A stretch of DNA of 64,000 nt from positions 2,148 to 66,147 of the forward strand of contig JAFYYP010000010.1 in the NCBI GenBank assembly GCA_017557505.1, written 5' to 3'. The first letter of the stretch is position 1, and the number at the start of each line of letters is the position of its first letter. Positions 1 through 10,400 of this stretch are shown piece by piece. The notes below the pieces were generated by a model. That model worked only from the letters and a program-made list of their open reading frames with translations. It was not told the DNA's origin and ran no database searches. The position numbers and the translations under genes are program-made. This DNA is from Bacillota bacterium. Lineage in GTDB: Bacteria > Bacillota > Clostridia > Peptostreptococcales > Anaerovoracaceae.

Positions 1-59
1 TAAGCCTCCTGTCCCTGGCAGGTATCGTGGTAGTGGCTAGAAAGCGCAGAGAAGAATAG
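1..59 (+). CDS. 3' end (partial) of a third cell-wall-anchored surface-protein paralogue
   Basis: The frame reads ..SLLSLAGIVVVARKRREE-stop (stop at 57-59). It is near-identical in nt and aa to the C-terminal hydrophobic anchor plus KRREE(E) tail of the ORFs ending at 7178 and 13488. Confidence 0.6.
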   Translation, partial: SLLSLAGIVVVARKRREE

Positions 60-98
60 GGCCATTCCACTAATAACTTATAGCAATTCCTGAAAGAA

Positions 99-130
99 CA
101 GGGCTGAGGTTATCCTCAGCCCTGCTTTTT
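99..130 (+). terminator. Rho-independent terminator
   Basis: An 11-bp stem cagggctgagg/cctcagccctg with a ttat loop, followed by cttttt. Confidence 0.65.
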
Positions 131-341
131 ATGCACAAAATGCGCCATTCGTGCGTATTTGTTTGCAATCACAAAAAAATCCCTTTATACTTATTATTGG
201 GATATTATACCTATTTTGCGGTGCGTAAAAAATAACGTCTGCAAAATGATCGGACGAACGTGGAACCTTTTTTCAGGTACCCTCGTCTATATAGTGAATA
301 CGTTATAAACATCTTTGTGTCTATAAAGAGAGGAATGCTGT
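131..341 (+). promoter_or_regulatory. Conserved promoter/5' leader region, copy A (upstream of adhesin gene 1)
   Basis: About 210 nt can be aligned by eye with 7258-7476. Shared elements are ..tttata..gatattatacc (candidate -10 near 203-210), the box tcgtctatatagtgaata (283-300) and the identical start context ggaatgctgtATGagaaagttgtatgga. Confidence 0.45.
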
Positions 342-3300
342 ATGAGAAAGTTGTATGGACCCACGAGTTGGAGACGCGTACTTGCTCTCGTTCTGGTATT
401 CGCAATGATGTTCTCTGCAATGGGAACCAGCGGATATTCCGTCTTTGCAGATGAGAGTCTGCCCGAAACGGAAGAGGAAGTAGTCGCAGTCGAAGCCGAG
501 GCTGTAGATCCGGAGGTTACCGAAGACGTCCAGGGTCCGTCCCCCGGCGATGATGAGATCTCCATGCCCGCAGAAGACGCGGACGAGACTGAAGCATTAT
601 CTGAAGAAGATGCGGAAGAGGCCGCCGAACCGGCTGAAGAAGAGCCCGGAGAGATTGACGAGGAGGCTGCAGAAGAAGCCAACGAAGAGATCTCAGAAGA
701 GCCTTCGGAAGAAGACGTCGAGCCTGCCGAAGAGGCAGAGGAGGCGCAGGAACCGGAAGAGGCTGCTGAAGAAGCCGCCCAGACCGAAGAAGGCGAAGAA
801 GAGGCCGAGGAGGCTGCAGAAGAGCAGGCGGAAGAGCCTACCGGTTCCATTGTCGAGGAATTCGTAAAGGTTTCCGAGGCAGAACCCGTAGAGGAACCTG
901 TCGAAGAGCCTGCAGAAGAAGCCGAGATCGCGTATCCGAAGAAGACGTTCCGCGATTTCATTGGCGGCATGTCCGTTACCGTGGCGGCTCCCGAAGGTGC
1001 CTTCCCTGAAGGAACTGAAATGAAACTTGCCGAAGTCGAGATCGAATCGATCATCGACGCGGTTTCTGATGCCGTTGATGGCAACATCGCCAACATCAAG
1101 GCGGTGGACATCACGTTCTTCTATAACGGTAAAGAGATCCAGCCGCTGAAGCCGATCAACGTCAAGATGAACGCTTCCGGCATGGATGCCGACAGCGACC
1201 GTCAGGTGCTGCACATCGACGACGAAGGCGAAGCCACCGTTGTGGAAGACGCGGACACCAGCAAGAAGACCGTCGAGTTTGCGGCGGATAGCTTCTCGGT
1301 GTATGTTGTCGTAGAGACTGTGGTACCGAGACTGACGGTCACCTTTAAAGAAGGCGAGACTGTCCGGGCCACTATGATCGTCAAGAAGGACGATACTGAT
1401 GAGATCGCACAGATCATCTATGATCCTGGTGTTGCGTCGATTCCCACCGGCCAGGTCTTCAAAGGCTGGACCGCAGATGGTGATACTACAGTACTTACCA
1501 TTGACGCAGTTCGTACTGATGCTCTCGCAAGAGCTGCTAATTTAACAAATGCCGATGGTGCAGTCACTTATACCGCTGCATTTTATAAACAGTATAAAAT
1601 CACCTATCTGAACAGTGCCAGAATCACTGTTGGTTCCGATATCGCTGAGACTCCCGGCAATCTGTCAGAAGCAGAGTATACCGTTAATATGGGCTTCTCC
1701 ACGGATGACGAACATCTCTTTGAAGGATGGATGGTTGCAGAAGGAAGCTCGAATATTAAAGATTATCCGGAGGGTACTTTAACAGAAACCATCAATGGAG
1801 AAGAGGTCAAGTATTACCCGAACAATACGAAAATCACTGTCACAGGTGATGTTACGTTCTCGGTAACTGCTCCTGAAGGCCACTGGCTCGTATTCGATGC
1901 GAACGGGAAAGGCGCAACGTATAATGCCCCTCGCTTCATTAAGTCCGGAGAACGGACCAGCGCTGAAGGCCTTCTTGATATGCACAGGAAAGGCTATAGC
2001 TTTGACGGATGGTACACTGTAGCTCCGAGTGAAGTAGGCGGCATTCCGACAGGTGACGTCTATGAGTTTGGCGAAACCCTTACTAATGCGAAAACGATCT
2101 ATGCCAAATGGACCCCCAATGAATCCGCAGAGTATACGATCATTGTCTGGAAGCAGAATTATGACAGCATTGGACATGAGACCCTGAACAAGCAGACGGA
2201 TTATGACTTTGCTGCTTCTTATGTCGGTACCGGCGATGTAGGCGCAAGCATCAAGAATGAAGAGATCGTGATCGGAACGGAAGGCGAACTTCGCTATGTC
2301 ACGATCGATGAAGAACAGGTCTTTGGTGGTATTAAGTCTGTGGCTAATGGTGCGGTATCCGATCCTCTGACTGGTTTCACTTTGAGTCCTGGAGCGATCG
2401 ATGATGTTGCGATCAATGCAGAAGGCAATGCGGTGCTCAACCTCTACTTTGACCGCATGCAGTATACCCTGAAGCTTTATGTAACAAGAACGAATAACAC
2501 AGGAACCGGACAGTATCGCGGCTCCAATGTGGCTGGCGATGTCTTTGCCGGCGATTGGGCTACCACGCTTAACAGTATTACCACAATCTTTGGTTCAGCT
2601 CCCAGTACGTATGATTCTGAAGGAGGTTATAGATACTACTACTATCCCATCACAGCATATTACGGCCAGAAGATCGATTGGCCTACCTACGCAAACATCA
2701 ACAGCAGCACAGCGTTCGTCAGCTGGCTCGTCATGCATAGTGCAAAAGCATATCGCGGTCAGGGAAATGGCCGAGACACTCTCAAGGGTGTGATCAACGT
2801 CATGGACGAACAAATCCTCGGTGATCTGTCCCAGAGTGGTGGCAACTACGTAACTGCCCGCTATGGCGGTTCCAGCACCTGGCATTACTACATTTTCTTC
2901 GCGGATGCAAACGGCAATTATCCCGATGTGGACCATCCGAGCAAAGATATCGAGGTTCATTCCAACCAGACGGGTGACGGCAGCCAGACGGCTCCGACGT
3001 ATGATGGCTATGACTATGTTCCGTCATTAGACGTTTACAGCAGAACCCCGCTCTATATGCGTTATTACTACACGCCTTCGAAATACTCTATCCTCTACAT
3101 GGATGGCGCGTATTTTGACGGCAACGGCAATAAGGTGAAAGAAGAGAGCATCGGTGAAATTAGGCTGGCACAGGGAATTTCTTATGGCGCAGATATCAGT
3201 TCTTATAAGTCCTACAAGCCGGATGCGGATCATACGCCCGAGGGCTATGTCTTCGAAGGTTGGTATACAGACGAAGCATGCAACGACGAATATGCCTTTG

Positions 3301-6300
3301 AGACCATGCCTCAGGGAGGTATCACAGTCTATGCCAAGTGGCGTCAGATCGAATACCGTGTGTTCCTGCATCCCAAAGCAGGTCATGATACTACGCTGAG
3401 CTGGGGTGACGAATCGGCTACTACAAAGCAAGAAATGAGTTTCCGTATCCCCTATGGCGGTAAGGTCTCTCTGCCCGACGGTTACCGGAAGGGTTATGAA
3501 TTCTACGGTTGGTATACCGATGACGGCCTGGATCATGCATACGCACCGGAGACGGTCTTGAACGATCAGACCGTTACGACGGAGTATGATAAATCAAAAT
3601 CCACAGAACTCAACAAATGGGGCGAAGTGGAGTCGAATGAGAACAAAGACCTTGACCGTCCTTGGATCACCCGCGAGCTCGATCTCTATGCAAAATGGAG
3701 CGAAGTCACGGTCGGTGCGAAGGGAATCGGAGTTCTCTATGATGCCGGCGAGGGAACTGATGCTCCGTCTGATACCGCACTGTATAAAGACAATGCAAAG
3801 GTCGGTGCCGGCGCTGCTGCAACGGCACCTGCCAACAAGATGTTTGACCACTGGGTCCTGCAGACCTGGAACGGCACCAAATATGTGGATACTGAAACTG
3901 AAGTATATCCCGGTCAGTCCTTCACGATCTTAAAGAAAGACGCGAAGATCACGGACGCAGAAACTGGCGCTCTTGTGGCTCCCGGTGCTGTTCAGGATGA
4001 CGGAAAGTATAACTATACGGTACAGTTAAGGGCTGAATATGTACCTTTCGGCACGGAAGTGAAGACTCATATCTACTGGTACAGCAACTTCGGCACCGAC
4101 AATGACGGTAAGGGTATTCGTTACCGTGAAGATACGAATATCAAAATCAATGAAGGTGTAAGTATTCTTGCTGCTCAGACCCGTGCAGGTTATGACTTCA
4201 AGGGCTGGACCAAGACCAAGGGCGGCACGACTGCAGACTTCCTGATTTGGACCGGCAGCGGATATACTGACGCAAGTGGCAATACTGCCACGCAGGTTGC
4301 TGCAGATGAAAGACAGAATTCCGGTTCCTATGACGACCTGTATGCCGTCTGGGCAGAAGCCACCGTCAAAATCGAGTATAAGGTAGCTGAAGGCCAGACC
4401 GCTATGGGTTCTGTCTCTCCGGCTTCTGAAGAGATCAGCGCGATCAACGATACCGCTGAAGGCTCTACCGCAACGCCTGCAAGCGAAGCGTATGTGTTCG
4501 ATTACTGGTCTGTTGACGATAAGGCTGCATCGATCAGTACGAATGCGAAGTATGTTCCGCAGAAGGTGAATGGGGCATATGAAGCGCATACTTACTGTGC
4601 ACACTTCAAGGCAACGGTCGAGGTCACGGTCCACCATTACCTGAAGGGTACGGAGATCCAGGTCGCAACAGATGTGACCGAACGCGTACCGGAGGGTGCG
4701 AGCTATACGGCATCGCCTGTGACGACTTATCAGGAAAAGCCTCTGACGGTCGCCAGCTACGATCCCAGCCAGACGATCACGGTCAGTGCAAGCGCTCATG
4801 AGATAACTGTGTACTATACGCTGCCGCTGCTGATTGCTGCAAATACGGCAAGCAAGATCTACGATGGCGCTCCGCTTGATGGCGGATACACGATCACGGG
4901 TGCTCTGAGCAGCGATGAGGAAACTGCGATCCGTAATAAGCTTCCTGCTGCACCGTCTATCACGAATGTTGCCGAAAGCGAGAAGAAGTATTTGACTGAG
5001 ACCGAGCAGGCTGCCATTACCGGCATCCCGGAATACTATGCGGTCGAATTCGTATCCGGCACGCTGAGCATCGCGAAGAGACCGGTAACGTTCACCGGCG
5101 AGACTGCTTCCAAGACTTACACTGGAAAAGAAATCGAACTGACTGCGGTCACGCCGAGCTCTGGTGAAAACGAAGGTTTGGTTGACGGTCACACCTTCAC
5201 CGTTGCATACTCTGCAAAGGGTAAGGAGATGGGTAACTATCCCGGAACGATCGCGGAAGCAAAAGACGTGATCATCAAGGATGCAAGCGGAGAAGTTGTA
5301 ACCGGAAACTACAAAATTGAAACTGTTCCCGGTACCCTGAAGATCGTAGGCGAAGGATACGTATCCATCACCAAGGAGGTTACTTCCACGCCCAAGGAAG
5401 GCGATGCCTACGGACTTGGCGAAGTGATCGAGTATAAGATCACGGCCAAGAATGAAGGCGAGACGGTAACGCTCTACAATGTCGTCGTGGCGGATGAAAT
5501 GACCGATCAGACCTGGACGATTCCCGTTCTGGGGCCTGGTGAGGCAAAGGATTTTATTCCTAACTCTCATACCGTAACGGAAGATGATATTAAGGCTGGC
5601 AAGGTGATCAATAAAGCCGTGATAAAATCCGGCACTCCGGATAATCCCAACACTCCGGACACTCCGGAAAATCCGGACATTCCGTTCACTCCGGATCCGC
5701 CGATCATCATCGATGTCCCGACCGAGGATCCGAACCCGCACCTGACCATCACCAAGGTCGTTACTTCCACGCCTGCAAAGGACGGTAAGTATGCGCTTGG
5801 CGAAACGATCAATTATAAGATCACGGTCACGAATGACGGTAATCTGACGATCACTGACATCAATGTCATCGATAAACTGGAAGGCGTTGTTCTCGATGAG
5901 CCGGAAGATTGGACGATCGAAAGCCTGGCTCCCGACGCAAGCGTAGAACTCACTGCGAGCTACACCGTAACGGAAGCCGACATCCTTGCCGGCAAAGTGA
6001 AGAACGAGGCTGTCGGACAGTTCCTGGATCCCAGGGAGCCTGTCGATCCTCCGACGACTCCTGACGATCCCCCGACGACTCCGGAGGATCCTCCGGTCAT
6101 CAATGTGCCGACCGAAGAACCGCCTGAGGTCCTGACCGAAACTCCGAAGGCTTACCTGGTCATCACCAAGGTGACCACTTCTTCGCCGGAAGACGAAAAG
6201 TACAAGTTGGGCGAAGAGCTCACCTATACGATCACGGTCAAGAACGAGGGTAATGTTACGGTCACGAACATCACGGTGACGGATGCCAAGACCAAGGACA

Positions 6301-7178
6301 CTTGGGAAATCGGCGATCTCGCTCCCGGTGAAGAACTTGAGGCGCCTCTTTTCACCGGATATATGGTGGGTGAAGAGGATGTCATTCAGGGCAAAGTCAT
6401 CAACGAAGCTACCGCAACGGGTACTGTCCCTGAAGGCGTTGAACTGACAGTCAAGAAGGGCCATACGGAAGATGACGTAGCGACTCCGGTCGGCAAGACC
6501 ATCAAGGTTATCTTCTACACGAACTACCCGAGTGACGCAACCAGGTCGAACGATCGCGTCCCAATGGAAAATGCGTACAGTGACCTTAAGGCGGTTGAGA
6601 TTCCTTACAGGCTTCCTGGTTTCGTAGTGGCCTTTAACAACAATAACGATTTGCTACCCATCAACTACGACTTCACCGGTTGGGAACTGCATAGACCGAA
6701 CAAGACGCAGAACGTAGACGAAGGCGATACGATCTCTGATGCCGGAACCAGCAGCATCGCTTCTGCCTCCAGCAGCAGTGAAGCGACGGATCCGACGGAA
6801 GGTGCAGATTACATCTTCTACGCACAGTGGGAGGATAATGGTTACGTATTCCCGACCCACGGCGCCGTTATCATTGATAAGCCCGATCCCGACCCGGATG
6901 ATCCGGATCCGGATGACGAACCCGATCCTGATGATCAGATCGACGACGAACCGACTCCGCTGAGTCCCTTCGAGGAAATTCCGGACGAAGACATCGAAGA
7001 ACCCGACACCCCGTACGCCGGTTGGGAAGAAGAGCCTGACGAGGAGATCTCCGAAGAGCCGACCCCGCTCAGCCCGTACACCGGTGACGACCGTCACACG
7101 GCGGCATGGGGCTTCGTAAGCCTGATGTCCCTGGCCGGCATCGCGGTGCTTGGCAGAAAGCGCAGGGAAGAAGAGTAG
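342..7178 (+). CDS. Giant (2278 aa) cell-wall-anchored surface adhesin-like protein
   Basis: RBS agagga lies upstream. The signal peptide is MRKLYGPTSWRRVLALVLVFAMMFSAMGTSGYSVFA, followed by a long E/A/P acidic spacer. There are several G(Y/F)xFxGW...(I/L)YAxW modules (Listeria-Bacteroides/Flg_new-type repeats), a MucBP-like segment (VTVHHYLKGTEI..ITVYY) and MBG-like segments (KIYDG..., KTYTGKEI...GNYKIETVPGTLKI). Three DUF11/TIGR01451-like repeats follow. The C-terminus is SPYTGDD plus a hydrophobic helix plus RKRREEE, a (S/P)PxTG-type sorting signal. Confidence 0.9.
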   Translation: MRKLYGPTSWRRVLALVLVFAMMFSAMGTSGYSVFADESLPETEEEVVAVEAEAVDPEVTEDVQGPSPGDDEISMPAEDADETEALSEEDAEEAAEPAEEEPGEIDEEAAEEANEEISEEPSEEDVEPAEEAEEAQEPEEAAEEAAQTEEGEEEAEEAAEEQAEEPTGSIVEEFVKVSEAEPVEEPVEEPAEEAEIAYPKKTFRDFIGGMSVTVAAPEGAFPEGTEMKLAEVEIESIIDAVSDAVDGNIANIKAVDITFFYNGKEIQPLKPINVKMNASGMDADSDRQVLHIDDEGEATVVEDADTSKKTVEFAADSFSVYVVVETVVPRLTVTFKEGETVRATMIVKKDDTDEIAQIIYDPGVASIPTGQVFKGWTADGDTTVLTIDAVRTDALARAANLTNADGAVTYTAAFYKQYKITYLNSARITVGSDIAETPGNLSEAEYTVNMGFSTDDEHLFEGWMVAEGSSNIKDYPEGTLTETINGEEVKYYPNNTKITVTGDVTFSVTAPEGHWLVFDANGKGATYNAPRFIKSGERTSAEGLLDMHRKGYSFDGWYTVAPSEVGGIPTGDVYEFGETLTNAKTIYAKWTPNESAEYTIIVWKQNYDSIGHETLNKQTDYDFAASYVGTGDVGASIKNEEIVIGTEGELRYVTIDEEQVFGGIKSVANGAVSDPLTGFTLSPGAIDDVAINAEGNAVLNLYFDRMQYTLKLYVTRTNNTGTGQYRGSNVAGDVFAGDWATTLNSITTIFGSAPSTYDSEGGYRYYYYPITAYYGQKIDWPTYANINSSTAFVSWLVMHSAKAYRGQGNGRDTLKGVINVMDEQILGDLSQSGGNYVTARYGGSSTWHYYIFFADANGNYPDVDHPSKDIEVHSNQTGDGSQTAPTYDGYDYVPSLDVYSRTPLYMRYYYTPSKYSILYMDGAYFDGNGNKVKEESIGEIRLAQGISYGADISSYKSYKPDADHTPEGYVFEGWYTDEACNDEYAFETMPQGGITVYAKWRQIEYRVFLHPKAGHDTTLSWGDESATTKQEMSFRIPYGGKVSLPDGYRKGYEFYGWYTDDGLDHAYAPETVLNDQTVTTEYDKSKSTELNKWGEVESNENKDLDRPWITRELDLYAKWSEVTVGAKGIGVLYDAGEGTDAPSDTALYKDNAKVGAGAAATAPANKMFDHWVLQTWNGTKYVDTETEVYPGQSFTILKKDAKITDAETGALVAPGAVQDDGKYNYTVQLRAEYVPFGTEVKTHIYWYSNFGTDNDGKGIRYREDTNIKINEGVSILAAQTRAGYDFKGWTKTKGGTTADFLIWTGSGYTDASGNTATQVAADERQNSGSYDDLYAVWAEATVKIEYKVAEGQTAMGSVSPASEEISAINDTAEGSTATPASEAYVFDYWSVDDKAASISTNAKYVPQKVNGAYEAHTYCAHFKATVEVTVHHYLKGTEIQVATDVTERVPEGASYTASPVTTYQEKPLTVASYDPSQTITVSASAHEITVYYTLPLLIAANTASKIYDGAPLDGGYTITGALSSDEETAIRNKLPAAPSITNVAESEKKYLTETEQAAITGIPEYYAVEFVSGTLSIAKRPVTFTGETASKTYTGKEIELTAVTPSSGENEGLVDGHTFTVAYSAKGKEMGNYPGTIAEAKDVIIKDASGEVVTGNYKIETVPGTLKIVGEGYVSITKEVTSTPKEGDAYGLGEVIEYKITAKNEGETVTLYNVVVADEMTDQTWTIPVLGPGEAKDFIPNSHTVTEDDIKAGKVINKAVIKSGTPDNPNTPDTPENPDIPFTPDPPIIIDVPTEDPNPHLTITKVVTSTPAKDGKYALGETINYKITVTNDGNLTITDINVIDKLEGVVLDEPEDWTIESLAPDASVELTASYTVTEADILAGKVKNEAVGQFLDPREPVDPPTTPDDPPTTPEDPPVINVPTEEPPEVLTETPKAYLVITKVTTSSPEDEKYKLGEELTYTITVKNEGNVTVTNITVTDAKTKDTWEIGDLAPGEELEAPLFTGYMVGEEDVIQGKVINEATATGTVPEGVELTVKKGHTEDDVATPVGKTIKVIFYTNYPSDATRSNDRVPMENAYSDLKAVEIPYRLPGFVVAFNNNNDLLPINYDFTGWELHRPNKTQNVDEGDTISDAGTSSIASASSSSEATDPTEGADYIFYAQWEDNGYVFPTHGAVIIDKPDPDPDDPDPDDEPDPDDQIDDEPTPLSPFEEIPDEDIEEPDTPYAGWEEEPDEEISEEPTPLSPYTGDDRHTAAWGFVSLMSLAGIAVLGRKRREEE
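5356..6470 (+). repeat. Three tandem DUF11-like (LxITKxVTS..G..I.Y.I.V.N.GN..) domain repeats separated by Pro/Asp/Thr-rich linkers
   Basis: Protein-level repeats start near 5358 (YVSITKEVTSTP), 5739 (HLTITKVVTSTP) and 6153 (YLVITKVTTSSP). Each contains ..YKITxxNxGNxT.. and ..T(E/V)xDIxxGKVxN.. Boundaries are approximate. Confidence 0.55.
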
Positions 7179-7226
7179 ATCTTAACGATCCCAAAACACT
7201 AATAATTGAATAAAAAGACATACCGG

Positions 7227-7260
7227 AAGGGCGGCCCGCAAGGGTCGCCTTTCACCTTTC
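7227..7260 (+). terminator. Rho-independent terminator
   Basis: Stem ggcggccc/gggtcgcc (one G-U pair) with a gcaa tetraloop. The stem is extended by gaag/tttc and followed by a T-rich tail. Confidence 0.5.
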
Positions 7261-7476
7261 GTGCAAAAAAACGACCGTTTGTGCAGTTTCGCTTGAAAAT
7301 TCCACAAATTGTCTTTATAATTCAAGTTGGTATATAATACCCATTTTTGCGTACGCCTAAAACCTCGACATAGGCAAAAATGAACCGGACGAGCAGGGAA
7401 CAATTCCGCCCCGTCTTCGTCTATATAGTGAATAAGTTAATTATTTCTTTTGGATTTATTAAGAAAGGAATGCTGT
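7258..7476 (+). promoter_or_regulatory. Conserved promoter/5' leader region, copy B (upstream of adhesin gene 2)
   Basis: Candidate -35 ttgtct (7309-7314), an 18-nt spacer, and -10 tataat (7333-7338) preceded by tgg. The shared box tcgtctatatagtgaata is at 7417-7434. The RBS/start context matches copy A. Confidence 0.5.
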
Positions 7477-10400
7477 ATGAGAAAGTTGTATGGATCCACA
7501 AGCTGGAGACGCGTACTGGCTCTCGTCCTGGTATTCGTGATGATGTTCTCCGTCATGGGAACATCCGGCTATTCCGTCTTTGCGGAAAGCGAACCGACCG
7601 AAACCCAGGAAGAGGTCATCGCGGCCGAGCCTGAGGTCGTCGACCAGGAAGTCACAGAAGACATCCAGGGCCCGTCCCCCGGCGAGGAAGAAGCCGAAGC
7701 GATCGTCGAACCTGTCGAAGAGGCAGAGGAAGACGAAGCGGACGTCGAAGCTGTAGAAGAGGCAACCGAAGAAGCGGAAGAGCCCGCGGAAGAAGCTGTC
7801 GAAGAAGCAGTCGAAGACGAAGAGGCTGAAGAACCTGCTGCAGAGGTCGAAGAAGCGGAAGAACCCGCTGAAGAAGCCGAAGCGGTGGAAGAAGACGAAG
7901 CCGAGGCAGAAGAGCCTGCGGAAGAGTCTGAAGAAGAACCTGCTGAAGAAGTTGAAGCAGGCGAAGCCGAAGATACTCTGATCGCAGAAGCTGCACAGGC
8001 CATCATCGAAGATGACGGTTCTGAAGCGCCGGCTGAAGAGGCGGAAGAAGTTGCTGAAGAAGCAGTCAAAGAGGCTGAAGAAGAAGCAATCGAAGAACTT
8101 CCCGAGGAAGAAGTTATCCCCGAAGGGCCCACGTCCTTCGCGCCGAAGAAATTCGGTGACACGACGGTTACTGTAACCGCCGAGCCCTACACCTTCCCGG
8201 AAGGCACTACGGTAACGATCGAAGAGGTTTTCCTTGGCAGAACCCAGAAGGCTGCCATTGCTGACGCTGTCGAAGAAAAAGTTGAAATCGTTAAAGCATA
8301 CGATATCACTTTCTTTGATGCGGATGGAAGCGAAGTTCAGCCTGCTATTCCGGTAAAGGTAAGCATTGTTTCCGATGCTATTGCTGAATCTGATAACCTC
8401 CAGGTCGTCCATATGGAAAACGAGAAGAAGGCTGAGGTCGTCGATATTGACGTTACCGAAGAGGGCGTCGAGTTCGGTGCGAAGCACTTCTCGGTTTATG
8501 TTGTTGTCGAGACGGTGGTTCCCAGACTGACGGTCTACTTTGGTGATCAGGGTTCAATTGCTTCCATGATTATCAAAAAGGCAGATACCGCCGCTGAGGT
8601 TGACGATATCATCTATGATCCCGGTGTCGGCACGGTTCCTGCTGGCCAGACCTTCAAAGGTTGGACCACAGAAGGCGCAACCGAATTGATGACCATTGAA
8701 GGCGTTAGAACCGATGCGATGGCGAAGGTGGCTGAGTTAACTGCAAATGGTGAGGTTACGTATACTCCAGTATTCTATAAGCAGTATACCGTCACTTATG
8801 TCGATATTAACGGCATTGCTGTTGGAACTGAAGCTGTTGACCTCCCCAGCACTGAAACCAATGCTGAGTATACCGTTAATATGAATTATTCAACGGATGA
8901 TACTCACAATTTTGAGGGATGGCATATCGCTGACGCTGATAGCTTAGAGAGTATTGTCTCCCCGACGGGTTTAACAATCGAGTCGCTCATAGCAAATGAG
9001 ACGGATATAGTTATCAAAGGCGATCTTAAGCTTTCTGCTGTTGCCCCCGAGGGGTGTTGGCTTGTTTTTGATGAAAACGGCAAAGGTGCATCTTATGTAG
9101 CCCCGCAGTTCGTTAAGGCTGATACAGTCACCAAAGAACCTTTAATTGAAATGAGCCGTTTTGGCTATACCTTTGGTGGTTGGTATGATACCAAAGAACA
9201 TGCAGATGCACACGGAAATGCTGAGGATCCCTCGACGGTAACAACTGGTGAGTTTGCCTTTAACGAACTGCTTGACAAGGCAACTACAATTTATGCTAGC
9301 TGGATTCCCAATAAAAACGCTGCTTATGCCATTGTATTTTGGACACAGAGTTTGGACAAAGATGGTTACGAAGTGGCCGGTTCATATGTTGGCAAAAATG
9401 GTATAGTTGGACAGAATATCCCTTATACCGTTATTGAAAATGGAGATGAGGATTACGTCGCCAGAAAATCCGGAGATTCAGATTCGATTTCTTATGATTT
9501 CGGCACCTATGAGGACGAGCATGGAGAAACTAAGGATCAGGGTCACTTTACGGGTTTCTGCCTGACGGATGACAGCAAGAATCTGGAGGTTGCTATTACA
9601 CCAGAAGGTGATGCGGTTTTGAATCTTTATTATGACCGTATTACTTACAACTTCAAATTCTACCTATACAGAGACGGAGCACAGGGTGGTTATGACTATG
9701 CTAATAACTCGGGTAGTGGTTCTGATTTAGATGGACTTGTTACTTGGCATACGAATCAGACCCAGCACCCTTCTGTAAAAAATGTCGATGAGCTTGAATC
9801 TGAAGTCGTTGGAGGAAGAACCTATTACTATTATGTAATGGAGGCTTACTACGGCGAGGATATAAGCGAAAAGTGGTTGACTTATGACATGATTGAAGGG
9901 GCGAATAATCGTGAGCCTGTTAGTTATGTCATGATGATTCATACATATTTAAAGCCGAATCCTACAAACCAGGGCTCTGGTACTGTTAAGGGTGTTATTT
10001 CAGTTTTGAATGATAATATCCTTGGTGCAACGAATGATTCGAATGGAAACTATGTAGTTGTTCGTTTCCCGGCTAATTTCTTTAACTGGAGATATCATAT
10101 CTGGCTCGAGGCTGCTGAGGGGAATGATTATACTGATAAAGAAACTTACGAGTATAATGGAAAAACTTATTATGAAGAGACTGTTATGGAGGTTCGTTCC
10201 AGCAATATAACAGATAATAACCAGAATGAGCCTAAGTATACAGGATTCGACTATGTTACAAGGCTTGGACAAAATCAAGCCGGAGAATGGGGCGGCGGTC
10301 ACTGGGCATATAACGCAAATGGTGCCTGGGCAGGCCAGAATAATACAGAAAACCAGAATTGGGAGTATCATCTTAATTACGTTTACAATCGTCAGCAATA

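Noticed and set aside
450-8120. The highly repetitive GAAGA(A/G)GC-type sequence in both adhesin 5' regions as a possible CRISPR or tandem DNA repeat array.
   Set aside because: There is no fixed-length direct repeat/spacer periodicity. It is in-frame Glu/Ala/Pro-rich coding sequence.
287-8487. Ser/Ala-rich and Phe/Arg-rich ORFs antisense or out-of-frame to the acidic spacers (287-1114, 693-1214, 550-867, 7459-8487, 7569-8162, 7652-7996), plus the 812-aa ORF at 4026-6464(-).
   Set aside because: They are reverse or shifted readings of GAA/GAG/GCN-rich low-complexity coding sequence in the adhesin genes. The plus-frame ORFs carry signal peptides, repeat domains and sorting signals.
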